Assembly: GCA_023920165.1 (NCBI GenBank)
Contig: CP089275.1
Location: forward strand, 1,860,001-1,924,000
DNA from: Curvularia clavata
Taxonomy: Eukaryota
Direction: 5' to 3'
DNA length: 64,000 nucleotides
Below, one piece after another: positions 35,199 through 48,446 of the stretch. Position 1 is the first letter of the stretch. Each line of letters starts with the position of its first letter. The translations under genes and the position numbers were made by a program. The notes beneath the pieces are model-generated. The model was not told the DNA's origin. It did not search any database and saw nothing but the letters and a program-made list of their open reading frames with translations.

Positions 35199-36235
35199 AT
35201 GTTGGGAAAAGCTACTATCATCAACGCACTCGTGAGCGCAGTCTCCGCAGGTTCGCGAACAAATATCAATGTGTTTGTACATCGCTGATCATCATTAGGC
35301 ACAATCCTGTGGGATGGACGCTTCAACGACATGACTTCGAGCGCCGACCTCGAAAAGTGGTCTTGGGCAAACCAGGTTGGCAGTAAGCATCTCACTGAAG
35401 CAGGGTTCCAGCAACAGCTGAAACTGACCCTCTTTCCCACAGACTACCAATACTACATCCACGGTTCGGGTCCCACCTCCCGATACGGTACGTTCCTCTA
35501 ATCTGTAATCTGAAGATGAGAAACGAATTGATTTCACCTAGTCAATCTCTCGCCCAATTACAAGAATCCTGGCGACACCGGCAGCAAGCAAGGAGCCAAG
35601 ATCACCATTGACAACACAGCAAAGTGGAATAGCGACATGTGGAGGACAGAACTTATTCCTCAGACCAAAGCCGCCATAAACAAGGGCACCGTCTTCTACC
35701 ATTTTTCCATCAAGCGCTCGAACACCAACGCCCCGAGCCCAACCAACGAGCACCAAATTGCCTTCTTTGAGAGCCACTTCACCGAGCTTAAGTATGGCTG
35801 GATCAGCGGCGAGTCTGGCACCAGCAACACCAACCTGTAAGTACCACATCTTCAAAATAACATCCAACAAAAAGATACTCTCTTGTTTCTCTCCTGAAAC
35901 CAAATTCTGATTCAATACACAGGCAGTGGATGGTCAGCGGCCAGAGCAAGTGGAAAACCGAATTCGTCGCCGACGAATGGCACAACGTGGCGTACGAAAT
36001 CAACTTCTCCACCAACCAAGTCTCCTTCTGGCACTCTACTGGCAACAGCTCGCTCGTCAAGACAGCTGGACCTTTCTCCACCAGCACTTCTTCCAACGGC
36101 GCCGACTGGCATCTTGGTGTGTTGCGTCTGCCGCGCCAGGGCAATGACGGCACGGGCGCTGAGGACTGGTACTTTAGCGGGACTTATGTTGAGAGTGGAT
36201 CGCTGACCACATCGGTTGCCAGTCCGTCGTCGTAG
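35199..36235 (+). CDS. Secreted glycoside hydrolase family 131 beta-glucanase (no CBM1); 5 exons
   Basis: Signal peptide MLGKATIINALVSAVSA, then GTILWDGRFND, WSWANQVGNYQYYIHG, MWRTELIPQT, EHQIAFFESHFTELKYG, WHNVAYEINF, SSNGADWHLGVLRLP. Confidence 0.9.
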
Positions 36236-36471
36236 AGGGATGGTGGGGGTAGAAGAGAGGAGAAGAGGGTGTGTTGGGGGCCTGGGGCGTTTTGTACATA
36301 GCCCTTTTTTCTTCGATCTTCAGTAGCTGTGATCGATCAAGTTCCTTTGTTTGCCAGTGGGTAAGCATCCACCTGGTTCTTGAAGAATTCACGCACTAGT
36401 CCCATGTATCATTCCCACGGCCACCAAGACCCCCTAGTTCCCTTCTCCGTACCGCAGAAAAGCCCATACCA

Positions 36472-37053
36472 CTAAACACCCTTAAATTCCTCCTCCTTGA
36501 CCTCAGCCTTTCCAAATATCTCGTCCTCACCACCATCCTGACTCGACTCGTCATCAGCCTCCTTCTTCTTCCGGACCTTCTTCGATGGCATACTATCCAC
36601 GTCCTTGGTCACCGCCTTGCGCTTCCTCGGCATCGTCGCAGCCTTCTTCGGCGTAGCATTCGCCTCGCCACCGTTGCTGCCATCACCTTGTAGCGCCGCA
36701 ATCTCCGTCTTCAACATGTTCTTGAGTCGCACCACCATGAAGCGACAGGCGTGGACGGATCTGCCGTCGGGACGAGGAGCGTTCTGAATGATGTTAGTGG
36801 GTGGCCCGCGGGAAGAGAGTTGCGGGGAGGTGATGAAAATGTTCATGTTGAGGGGATCCAGGATGAAAAGAGGGAAAGGGAAGTACTTACGATAAAATCG
36901 AGCTTGACGTTTGAGAATTCGATGAGGCTGAACAAGTAGGCCAGCTATGGGATCGTTAGTATGTTGGTGGTAAGAGAAGGGGAAGAGGGGAAGACCGACG
37001 CGTTGACGGTCAGTCCAGCATTTACCGGCCTTGGTGTCTTCGTTTTCGGACAT
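36472..37053 (-). CDS. Small basic/acidic hypothetical nuclear protein (paralog A); 3 exons
   Basis: MSENEDTKAGKCWTDRQR|LAYLFSLIEFSNVKLDFI|NAPRPDGRSVHACRFMVVRLK...TPKKAATMPRKRKA...EEEFKGV*. Both introns have ACTAAC branch points. Confidence 0.75.
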   Translation of the reverse strand: MSENEDTKAGKCWTDRQRVGLPLFPFSYHQHTNDPIAGLLVQPHRILKRQARFYRKYFPFPLFILDPLNMNIFITSPQLSSRGPPTNIIQNAPRPDGRSVHACRFMVVRLKNMLKTEIAALQGDGSNGGEANATPKKAATMPRKRKAVTKDVDSMPSKKVRKKKEADDESSQDGGEDEIFGKAEVKEEEFKGV

Positions 37054-37524
37054 ATTGAGCTTGTGGGTTTGTATTGTTGTTGTTGCTTTGATGAGTTTGT
37101 TGTGAACGTTGAATGGTAGATAGTCCGTTGAAGTATGTGGATTTTGGGTTGAGGTTTGTGCGTGTTGGGAAGAGCAAGAGTGGAAGAAAGGCGGGGTATT
37201 TAGAGGCAACAAGTGAAGTGGGTGTGTGATAGATGAAGTTTTATGTATTAGCGTGTTGCCAATAGCAGAGTGATGTAGTGAAGGTGAGCGTACACCACGT
37301 CATTCGAGTGGAAGTCTCTATGTCTGCTTTCCGTCTCACATGCATGACCGTAAACCTGTACTGCCCCATCCAAGCAGACTTTCAGAGTGTACATCTCTCG
37401 CAGCTGATCCAAAGTTTCTGAAAAAAGCTCAAAATGAACCAGTTGCTTCCACCATATCCCATCCGACCTCGGTCCAGACATAAGCAACTATCCTGCCTTT
37501 CAAACCATCATCTCCCTTTCTTAT

Positions 37525-38068
37525 CTAAAGCTCCAAAGCTGCATCTAAATCGCAATCGCCATCCTCAAACTGCCCCTCCTCCTTCTGCTCTTTCTTGACG
37601 CTCAAATCCATCTTCTCGCCATCATCTCCACTGCTCGGGGTCAAAGCCTTCTTGCTCGAACGATCACGCGGCTTCTTGGCACTGCCCTCCTGGTCGGCTT
37701 CAGTCTTACGCTTGCGCGGCGTAGCAGAGGTCTTTTGGGGAGTCGCTGGAACACATGGTGCACCAGCGCCCATGGCATCCCACTCTGGCTTAAGGGCTCG
37801 CTTGAGAGCGTTGATCTTCTGCCTGAAGCCGTTGGCGTTGCGACCCTCCGGGTAGACGCCATCCTATAAATGGTTAGACGTGCTCATGTCTTGGTGGTTG
37901 GGTCGGGGTACGTACGCTCCAGTCGAAAGTGACGTTGTTCTTCTGGACGAGGTACAAAAGGCTGGAAAGCTGGGAGGTGTTATGTTAGTGTTGCTTTGGG
38001 TTGAGCGAAGGCCGATTGCATACCAGCTCACGCTCTGACCATCCTCGGGTAGACTTCGCGTCGTCCAT
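37525..38068 (-). CDS. Small basic/acidic hypothetical nuclear protein (paralog B); 3 exons
   Basis: MDDAKSTRGWSEREL|LSSLLYLVQKNNVTFDWS|DGVYPEGRNANGFRQKINALK...ATPQKTSATPRKRKT...ALEL*. Canonical introns at positions equivalent to paralog A. Confidence 0.75.
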
Positions 38069-39385
38069 GGTGACGATGTTGCTTTGTGGGTTGACTGCGT
38101 AGTTGGTGTAGTACGAGAGAGGTATGGATAGAGCCTTAGTGCAGATTTGGTTGGAGTTGAAGATTCCAACAGCAAGATTGATGGACAGTGGAGGGCAGTC
38201 TAGGTTGAAGCTTGGCTCTAGCTTTGCGTAAACAGTGAGCAGTGAGAGACGGAATTTTCCAAGTAGTCCCGATTTGTCGTAAAATGCTATGGTGAGTTTC
38301 CTAAGTGATTTGTTGTTTGAAGTACGTTATGCGGTAAAAGTGGGTCTCATTTGTCCGCAACGATGAACAGTGAGTCTGTTCAAGATGGTGCTTTGGAGCT
38401 CACATTATCACACCCTCGCATCTAATGCATTCTCTCCATCCCACGATCTTCATTCCACGCCAGTTAACGGGTATTAATTTCTCAAATCACCTGCAGCCAA
38501 ACAGTTTTCTACCATAGATGAATGTGGCAAATGTGCACAACATTCTCCTGACATCTTACTCTCGACCAGATGTGAGTTCAGAAAACCAACCTTCATCCTT
38601 TGCCCATGCATATCCCTCTCACCCCAAACAGGAAAAGTCTGGCTACGCCCGAGCAGCGCCACACCCTCACAGCCGTTAAAAGCCGCGGCGGTCCAAACGC
38701 GCTGTCCACCCCTGGTCCCTTCCCGCCACGTTCTAAAAAGCCACCATCCCACCCCATCCCATACGATAACAGGGGGGTCCGCGGGGAAGGAAGGGGGATC
38801 ACGGGTCTTGCCGTTAGTGTAGTTGGTTATCATGCTGGTGGTTAGACTATATGCATCGGAGCTCGGAATACACTTCTCAGGCGGTTTCTGGTGTAACGTG
38901 TGTAGGGAATGGATAGTGGCGTTTTGGCGCCTTCGGGGTAACGAGAAAGATACGGAGGGGGAGTGAGGCATGTGAAGAAGAAGTGCGGGGAGGAGGGGTT
39001 TCGGGTCTCAACAGAAACAGAGGGTGTTGAAGGTGTCGGTTGCATGTGAAATTGGGCACTATCTCACTTGTGGAAACAAGAGTACCGATTCAAGGGGAAG
39101 GTAGTGTTGTCATCAGTAACATATTGCATTCTTGCCGTCGTTTCTACGGTGTGCATGGTTGCACCAAGGAAAACTATCTACATTTCATGCATCCGTCTTG
39201 TTGTGAGAAACCGTGATTAGTGGGATATCCAAACCGTGTCCAGCCCGTCGCCGAAAAAATAGAAAAACATTTTTGAGTCCCAATACCCTAGAGTCCAAAC
39301 GATGCGGCGGCCGAAACGGAAAAAGATCAAGTATCCAGAGATTAAATGGTGCCAACAAATTATGTCAGAGAAATGTACAAAACAA

Positions 39386-41400
39386 TTACAGGTGAGCAAG
39401 ACCGTTGGTGACCTCAGTTACACCAACAGTGGTACCATTGAGCTTTTCGCTGGCAACAAGGTTGGATACCTTGCGGTCAAAGTATTGGCGCTCAGTGTAA
39501 GGGTCGTACATGTTCTTCTTGATGTAGTCGTCCAGCTGCTCGTCCGACATGTCGCGTAGCTCAACGGCGCGGTCGACGCCGTTCTTCTGGGCAGCGCGGA
39601 TGACACCGCGGGTCACAGTGACAGAGACCTCACGGATGCGACGGATGTCAGGGTACAACCAGCCGTCGGCAACCTCCTGTTTGTTCAAAGAGGTCGAGAG
39701 AGACTCGGCAGAAGCGTAGATCATGTCCTGGGTGACAGAAACGGCCTTGGAGATGATGGCACCAAGTCCGATACCAGGGAAGACATACATGTTGTTTCCT
39801 TGGCCGGGGGTGAGCAGCTTGCCCTCAAACTCCATTGATGGGAAAGGAGAGCCAGAGGCGAAAAGACAGCGGCCCTCGGTTGCAAGGACAGCCTCTTCAA
39901 ATGTGCACTCAGACTTGCTTGAGGGGTTGGAGAGGGGGAAGATGATGGGGCGGTTGTTCAGCTTGGCCATCTTCTCGAGGATGTCCTTGTTGAATGCACC
40001 ACCAATGGTGGACAGACCCATCAGAATCGTGGGCTGCACGTAGTCGATGAGACGGCTGAGCGATTGGTACTGGCGGCCGTTGTTGTCGTCACGGGCAAAG
40101 TAGACCTTGTGGTCGGCCAGCTTGTCACCACGGTCGAGGGTAACCAGTCCGTTTGAGTCAACAAACCAGAACTTGCGGCGAGCCTCCTCTTCTGACAGAC
40201 CCTCCTTGATGAAGAACTCAACAATCTGCTTGGCAACACCGACACCAGCACTTCCAGCGCCAAGGAAGATGGCCTTGTGGTCCTTGACGGGAACACCAGA
40301 CGCCTTGACGGCGTTGATGAAACCACCGACAATGACGGCACCAGTGCCCTGGACGTCGTCGTTGAACATGGCGTACTGGTTCTGGTAGCGTTCGAGGGCG
40401 GGGAAGGGGTTCTTGAAGTCCTCGAATTGGATGACAATGCTATTCCGTTGTTAGTAGTTTTATGGACACTGAGAAGATATGACGTACTTGGGCCACTTGT
40501 CAGTGAGAGCAGCCATCAGCTCATCAAGGAACTCCCTTTCTTGCTCAGGAGTGACCTTGGGCATCCTAGAGCCCATGTAGAGAGGGTCGTCGCGGAGCGT
40601 CTTGTTGTTGGTTCCCAAATCGAGGGTGAGAGGCAGAGTGCTGTCTGGGTTGATACCGGCGCAAGCAGTGTACAGAGCCAGTTTGCCAACGGGAATACCC
40701 ATGCCATTTACACCAAGGTCACCGAGACCAAGGATACGGGAACCGTCGGTGAGGACAGTGATGTCGACCTCGTGGGGCCAGTTGTCAAGAATCTTGCGGA
40801 GGTTTCCACGGTCGTTCCACGAAAGGTACATGCCCTCGGGTTGTGTCCAGATCTCGTGCCATCGTACGCAGGCCTCGCCGACGGTCGGGGTATAGATGAG
40901 AGGAGTCAATTCCTAATTGAAAGTCAGATTTTGTTTGTACAGATTGTTGGTGTTGTTGCCCACCTTAATGTTCTCGCCGAGGAGTCTGTAGAAGAGGTGG
41001 ACGTTGGTGGCCTTGAGATGGACAAGGTACTGAAATTTCTCGAGCGGTGTCGGCTTCATGGCCAGGAGGCGGAGGCCTAGGGGGAAAGTCAGCAATTGGC
41101 GTCTACCAAATGTACAAACAACACCAACTCACATCGCTCAGTCTGGACATCATAGCTCTCGACGGCTGGAGGCGTAAGGCCGTATGTGCCGAGAGTCTTG
41201 CGCAGATCCGGGGTGTATGACAAGTCATAGTCACCAGAAGTGGTGGACAATTGGCGAGGGAAACTGGGGCGAATGGCGGAAGGCATATTGTCAGTGGCAA
41301 CAGTAGCCATGTAACGACGGACAGGGAGGGATTTGGGGACTGAAGAACGGAGGCCTTGGGCAGGAGCCGCGAGTTTTATAAGCGACCTGAAGCGGTGCAT
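39386..41400 (-). CDS. NAD(P)-dependent malic enzyme; 4 exons
   Basis: PLIYTPTVGEAC, TVLTDGSRILGLGDLG, IQFEDF, MFNDDVQGTGAV, FLGAGSAGVG, IFPLSNP, GQGNNMYVFPG. Presequence-like N-terminus; C-terminal AHL. Confidence 0.96.
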
Positions 41401-44018
41401 TGAAATGAGCTGAAACTACGCGTCGGCAATTGAAAAAAAGAGGTCAGGGAAATCGGCCGCCTGGGGCGCGCGGAGGATTGGGCGGGCTGCTGTACATAAC
41501 GGAACAGCCTATCGGGAGGGGTCTGGGTTCCGTAAAGAGACGCTGTGAGGAGATCCGTTCTCGCCGTCAAAGACAGCCTGTAAGGGAAGCATAGACCAGC
41601 CCGCCCGCCGTTGGTCAGCCTATTTTCTGCCGCGACTCGCATGTTCCCCCAACTTTCCCATTCCATACTGAGCCCACATACCCGCAGCCGCCACGCCCCT
41701 GTCGCCTGTCTGGCGCCTGTCTACCGCTCTGCCGGTCGGTCTTGCACGACGATGCTGCTGCTCTGGGCCTGGCTGCTCAAGCCGTCTGCAATCTGCTATG
41801 CCACGACGCTGCGTACCCTGCGACTACAACTTTTTTTCTTCGCCCAGGCCCATCTTACCTGAAACCGCGAGCATACAGTACCCATTTTCGACGTGCCACA
41901 GCCACAGCGACCGGGTAGCAGGGGTATGACTGGACGTGCATATCATCGGGAGCATTCGGAACAGCCGCCATTCGTAGCCCTTGCAACCAGGGCCGCATTA
42001 TCCACCGAATGGGCTCCAACACGCATCCATTGCCCACACATGCACACTTGCTTCTGTCGGTCTTGTTGACTTGACAGAACCATCGACTGATTAGTGGCCG
42101 TCCACGGTACATCGTGTCAGCCCGGTCCTATTGTGCGTTTTCGTGTCCCACTCGGCCCTCGTCAGGCTCTGTCTCGTGTCGAGCCCATGGTCAGGCATCG
42201 AGGCATTTTTTTTTAACTCCAACGTCCATGCGTGGCCTCGCTCCGCTACACGCTGACTATTATTAATCGCGTTGATCTTACGAGATTCGTCTCACGCTTC
42301 TTGCTATTGCCACCAGGAACCCTGAACAAGCCTTACGTTGCCTCGCACCAACAGTGCGGCTTCCGGACTTTAGCCACTTCACCTCACCCGTCCTCTTACG
42401 GATCCGCATTCGGCTCCATGTGCCTATACACCGATCCGACGGCTTGTTAGTCACCCAAAGGCGGTGTGTGCACCTCGAGGAGCCGCGGGAGTACTTTTTT
42501 TTTTTCTTAACGCCCATCTACCGTTATCCTTGTCACCCGAATCATTTACCATTCACTACTCCCAAGTTAAGCGACCTGTTGGAGCCAGGGGAGGCCGGCA
42601 CGATTTCAATCTTCCTTCGCTCCAAATCTGTAACAAAAACAACGTGGCGAAAACAAATCATTCGTTCATTGGTGTCCCCAAGTCCGACCCGGCTCATATC
42701 ATTTATGCAGTCTGCGTCTCAACTGCAGCGACCGTTGAGTTTTACTGCTTGGGCTGAACAAAGAAAGTGTCTCGGGCAAACATTCTACAGATGCATATGC
42801 GGCCACTGTGGACCGGCCGCAGTTGTGGGGAAAGCTTGATGGCCGGCTTGGGAAAAGCAGCCGCTTAGGGCACGTGTCCAGTTCACTCTCTTCCGAGAAC
42901 TGGGGCACGCGACTCCACACTCGACAGCGCCACGGGAGGTTACGGAGTGTCGCTGCGAGCATTCATCTCAGATAGTGTTGGCGCTACACACCACTTGCGA
43001 ATCCATATCAGAATGCGCCTGGTCCGCGGCGTCTTGCCTTGTGCCTTGGATTTGCAGCATAACTGTAACCATCATGCAACTGTCAAGTCTCACCGTCTCT
43101 TGACAACCTTGGCATGCGAGTCAGCCCCAATCCGATCTAGATGCCCTGGGCTTACATGATGCATGGCTACAAGAATTCGGTAGGGATTCTGTCAGGTCCG
43201 TCCAACGTGCCGCTTCCCCGACCACAATGCAAAGTTGCTCAAGCGGCTTGAACACTGCACCCATGGCTGAAAAACTTTCCCTCTGTGGAACGTTGGACTC
43301 CGTTCTACAGAGGTACCTGACTGTGCACGCTGCATTGACGCATCTGGAATTTCTCGAAAAAAAGCATTCGATGGGTCCAGGTTCTTTTGGTGGAGACATT
43401 GACATTGCGTGCTAGCACGCGACACTGTGCGGGGACGGTCGCGCGTGGCTGTGGTGGCTGTGGTGAGCTGCGAGGTCTGGAATCTTTCAAAGCCCAACTA
43501 GCTACTTGGCCAAACCCTGATTCCCGCTGCCGCCTTGATATATCGCCTTTGTGCTCGTCATAGAAGGTTGACTATTCCATCCTGATTCTGACTGTGGCGT
43601 CGCTCAAAACTTGACTTTTATTCGTGAGTAAATGGAATGCGACTGGATGCTCTGGCAAGGCTGTGATCGACCCAAGGAACGCGTTCGAGAAATATGGCAC
43701 GCGTCCTCCCGCGCATCTTCTCGCATGGGTATGCGACCAGCTGGTGATTGATATACACAGGGGACGCGGCGTATATGAAGTCTTCTCCGCAAACCCAGAA
43801 GAGGAAGTGGCAGCCTTGGCGCAGATGTGGAGCCGCGGATCGACACAACGAACGGCATGACGTCGTTGCGCTAGCTCCGTCTCGTCATCCTTACCTACGC
43901 GTAGTACTGAAGCCTGCAACCTGGGGTAGCTGCCATTGAGGGTTAAGAGTCTACTCTGCCATCATTCCGCCTCTATTGCATCTCTCTCAGTCGAGCTCTG
44001 ACTGCAATCATCATCATC

Positions 44019-46344
44019 ATGTCGCTCTCATCCTGCTTCGGCATGCGGAAACGCGACGATGACCAGCGTCCGTTGCTACCCCAGGTTGGTCTACACACGT
44101 CCTGTCCAGTTTGCACGTGTTAATCAAAGCTATCAGTACCGCGATGACACGGCGTTGCAGAGAGAGGTGCATCAGAAGTTGCACTCGTACCAGATGATAA
44201 GGGCACTGTCCATGGGTTACATGCCATCCAACGAACAGCTCATCATCAACCTTCGAAGCTTGCTCTCTGCAGACATCCTCAACCCAGAAAATCCAGATCT
44301 GAGTGATTCTGGTCGCCTTCTGGTCAAGTTCACAAAGCAGTGGCTACACCAGTTCATCGAGACCCTAGGCCACAAGAACAGCAAAGACCAAATCCAGGAC
44401 TTCATCTGGTACCTCTCCAAGTCTAGGGTATCGGTTGATGTAGAAGACATCGCGCGAAGGGCTACTAGGTCAAAGGCAAAGGCGGATGCTACTGCAGGTC
44501 AGTATGGAAAACTTACTTGACAGACGGGTACTAAATCACCAACAGCATACCACAGCCTGCAGACCGTCGGGTCCTTGCTCTTGACCAACTCCGACTTCCG
44601 CATCTTCCTTGCCGACTTGAACACTGTCGGCCGGGAAGTGTTCAGAGATACTGCCTTTACACTGTCAAATGTCTCGAAGAAGGCTGCTAAGAAGATTGAC
44701 CCTTCACCAGCAGAACGAAAGGCGCTCAAGGAGCCGGGCGCGGACGAGTCCCTCCCACATTCTGCTGAAGAGCTCAATCAAGAGGTGGCTGAGGTCGCCA
44801 AAGTCGTTGGCAACGGTGTAGCCAAGGTAGCTAAGCGGGCAGACGTAAGCCTGGCCGAGAAGCTTCAGGGTGAAGAGGGTGAATCACTCTTGTTCCGTCT
44901 GAAGAAGACAATCACAAATCTGAGGCAGAAGAGAGACTACAACGACTCTGTCTCTGTGCTAGCAACACTGTTGAAACGGTATGCCATGGCATACTCTCGA
45001 ACTGTGGAAGATGCCATGGGCGCCCTTGAAGCCGATGTCGAGCCTAACCGTGAAATGGAAAGGGCTGTCAAGAACTTCTGGACTTTCCTGAGCTCCTTTG
45101 GAGACAAGGAAGAGTGGAACAAGCTCGAGAATGCATTCCACAAGGTCTTGGAGCACTCGCGCAAGGATCCCGAATTCGAGGATTTGCTCATTGACGTTGG
45201 AAACTCGCTGCAGAAACTCCTTACAGATCCCGACTTTTTCGACCATGTTGACGAAAAGTTCCAAGAGCTCCGACAGAAGGCCAAGGGCGTCGGATCAGAG
45301 TCATCGCTGCGCCAGGATGTCGATGCGTTCTTCGTACAGGCTCAGAGCACATTCATGGCAGTCACACAGGACCAGGATATTGCGAGGATGATCAACACGA
45401 CCATGAAGATTTGGAACATCCTATCGCCTCTGCACTCTAACGTCAATAGCGAGCTACTCCAAGACGCTATCAACGTCTTTGTCCCTCTCGCCATACAGGC
45501 CATCCAATATATCCCCATTCCTCGACTTGAAGTATCTACGCCAGAGATCGACATGCTCCTGGAAAACTTGATCATCGAGCCGGGCAAGACTGTCAACCAT
45601 ACTTCATTCCTCCCGTTCCGCTTCCGGGTAGAAACATATAATGACTTTGAACTCCGCAAGGCCCGTTTCCGCGTTGCATCCAAGGCTACCTCCAAGTTTA
45701 CCATCAAGATCGATGGCCTCTCCTTCCGTGCAGACGAGGTCGGTTTCCTTCTCCGCGCACACTCTGGTCTCCTTCGCCTCGCAGACGAGGGTATTGCTTC
45801 ATTCCAACTCGACGAGCGTGGCATCGATATTCATATGGATGTCGAAGTGGGCAAGGAAAAGTTGGAGCAGATCCTTACCCTCAAGGCAGTCCGTGTTCAT
45901 ATCCACAAGCTGTCGTACACGCTCCGTAAGTCCAAATTCAGCATCTTTGGCTGGATCCTCAAGCCCCTGCTACGTCCTGTTGTCCGTAAGGTTATGGAGA
46001 GACAGATGGCCCAAGGTATCGCCGACGCTATTCACGCCGCCAACCGGGAGCTCATCTTCGCACGTGAGAGGCTGCGAGCAACGAGGATCTCTGAGCCAGA
46101 AGATCTCAAGACGTTCGTCAAGGCCGTCATCACGCGTCTTAAGCCGGCAGATGACCCAGACCTCTACACGAGGGTCGGCGTCGATGCCCCTAGAAAGGGT
46201 GTCTTCGCTGGCAAGTATGCGCCAGGCAGCGTGGTCAAGTTGTGGGAAGAAGAGGGTCGTCGTGCACCAGAGCGCATCGATGACTGGGACGAGGGTGGCT
46301 GGAGGAACGACGTTTTCGACCTTCACGCCATGGCTCTTTCCTAG
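44019..46344 (+). CDS. HAM1-like / DUF4449 (BPI/TULIP-like) protein; 3 exons
   Basis: MSLSSCFGMRKR... exon 1, then HQKLHSYQMIRALSMGYMPSNEQ, LLTNSDFRIFLADL, IQYIPIPRLEVSTPEIDMLLENL and beta-rich LADEGIASF...IHKLSYTLRKSK. Family assigned from recalled motifs. Confidence 0.65.
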
Positions 46345-46943
46345 CCGTTTCTTTGCTCCAGGTAGTAAATTGTTCTGCGCTCGCCAGCAATGTGTTTATT
46401 CTAGTATGCGTCGAGTATAATTAGTGGATCTATCACCTAGGTTTCTTTGGTCAAAATTGGGCTGCGATTGGCACGCGGGTTTGTAGGGGTTTATGGAGAT
46501 TATGTGTTTGCGATATGAAGCTTTATTTTCCTATGTGTTTACACACATCCATGTTAATATGTACCTTGTAATGAGTAAATGGTCTTCTCGAATCTGATTT
46601 AACCACCATCATTGCACACGTGTCAGGGCTTTTGATCCAAAAGAGGCAAGTGGTATGAGGACTTTGTCATCGTCTGAGACAGTTGCTTGCATGGATGCTT
46701 TTGCCATGTGGACAAGTGCTATTTTCTTTTGCCTTGATTCTTTGGTTACCGTACAGACTACCAAGCTTATTCATACAACGCGCACCATGCTCAAACCACG
46801 AGCAATGGCGCTTCATCAAGCGTATTTCAACAATTCGTTCTCTTTTCCTCTATGCGCAAAATAGTGCAACAAAAAGCGCCGCTCCTGATATTTTCCCATC
46901 TCTTCAAGAGCCTCCTAGCCTTCCTTCCCCGTGCATAATGAAT

Positions 46944-47996
46944 CTAAAACGGAGGCAGCCAGAAGGGGTATGAGCCATTCTTGATACGGAAGACGCTCAT
47001 TAGGAAGCTGTACATGCCGAACAAAACACCAGTCCACAGGAAGACAGCAAAAGACTGGGCGCGCGCATCCTGAATCCTGGGAACCTTGACAGCCAGGGAG
47101 ATTGCTGCAAAGGCAAGCACACCGTAGATGGCAGCCACAATCTGCGATTCGAGCCCGTACTGGTTGCTAAACCCTCCGGCAAAGTAGCTAATGCCGCCCT
47201 TGTTATCGCCAACAACATAAGGTGTTTTGCGGATGTGGTTGAACATGTGGCCGCTGGTGAAGAGCAACACGGCGATGAGACTGACGGCGGCCCAGAGGTT
47301 GCGGTTCTGAAGAATGGGGATGACGTAGGGCCATGCAACCGCAACGGCTGTGATGGCACCGAGGACAGTGGTCGTCAGCGTGATGACCTTGACCCAGTTG
47401 ATGGGACGGGACACGGCTGGCTTGGGAAGGCCATCGGGGACCTGACGGGAGACCCAAGCGTGAATTTGTTCGGCAGATTGAGGACCGCCGGTGAAGTCGA
47501 AGCGGGTGGGCTGCGAGTCAACCTTTGCATGGGGGCCGGCGGTGGGGTGGAAGTAGAGCAAGACGGGTGCGGTTTGGAGTTGCATCTGGTCCAACCATTA
47601 GTTTCTGTAGACAATTCTAAACGAAGTTGCAGTGGACGGCCATACCGACTGGAAAACATTCTTTCCATCCACAAAGTCCAATGTTCCAAATACCACTCTG
47701 GACTGGCCCTCTCGGTCGCCCTTCATCCAGCTATTGGTCAGCAACTCCCACTCTGGCTGAAAGTCTCTACACAGAGCACATCCGAATCGAGCTTCCAGCG
47801 CAGTAAGCAGAACAGCGACGCCATAGTCGCGCGGGGACTTTGTCAATTGTGCGTAGCTGGCATCGTTGAGCTTGAGCGAGCGGCCGGCGGAGAGCGACTT
47901 GGCGCGAGCGTCATTGAAACGGTCGCCGGTGGGTTTCTTAGCTGCGAGAGCTACAAAGGGCAGCAACGAGGCTGTAAGGAGCTGGAACCACCGCAT
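46944..47996 (-). CDS. OST3: Oligosaccharyltransferase subunit OST3/OST6 (MagT1/TUSC3 family); 2 exons
   Basis: Signal peptide, thioredoxin-like CALC, SGHMFNHIRKTPY, QYGLESQIVA, four TM helices, and C-terminal FRIKNGSYPFWLPPF. Confidence 0.93.
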
Positions 47997-48446
47997 TGTG
48001 TTCGTCTGGCGAGCGGAATGGGGGGTGGTTGTTGCGGAGACGATATGGAGGACGGGACGGCTATTGCTTGGGAACGTGGCCTTGAGAGCTGTCGGAGGTT
48101 GCGGCGTGCGTAATGGCGCTAGGGCCGGACAGGGATGTGCGCGAGATGCATGCCTCCTCCATGGGGTCTCTCAACACCCGCTGCGATTGTAAATCAGACA
48201 GGAGTTTACCTGGGCATCGGACTTAGGCTACTGTAAACACCGTCCCGGGTTCAGTGCGCTTGTACAGCAACTTTTCCTTCTTCTGCGTTATTCTTTCATC
48301 CTGTCGCGCTACTCGTCTGACGACGCTACTCGGCCCTCTGTTTGTTTACTCAAGTCGCGTCCACCCCCGACCCCACCACCATCAGTCCTCCACCGACCGC
48401 ATTTCTTTCCACATTATCAGGTACATATTTTTCTGTGCTCGCAGCC

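Noticed and set aside
38474..39059. Possible third paralog upstream of the tandem pair
   Set aside because: ORFs lack the W..R, P.GR and RKRK motifs and the shared intron pattern.
45641..46420. 259-aa alternative-frame ORF inside the HAM1-like gene
   Set aside because: Ser/Arg/Pro-rich translation typical of an off-frame shadow of biased codon usage.
47235..48113. 292-aa ORF antisense to OST3 (similar cases at 40277-41080 and 52745-53638)
   Set aside because: Antisense shadows of well-supported genes with high GC3.
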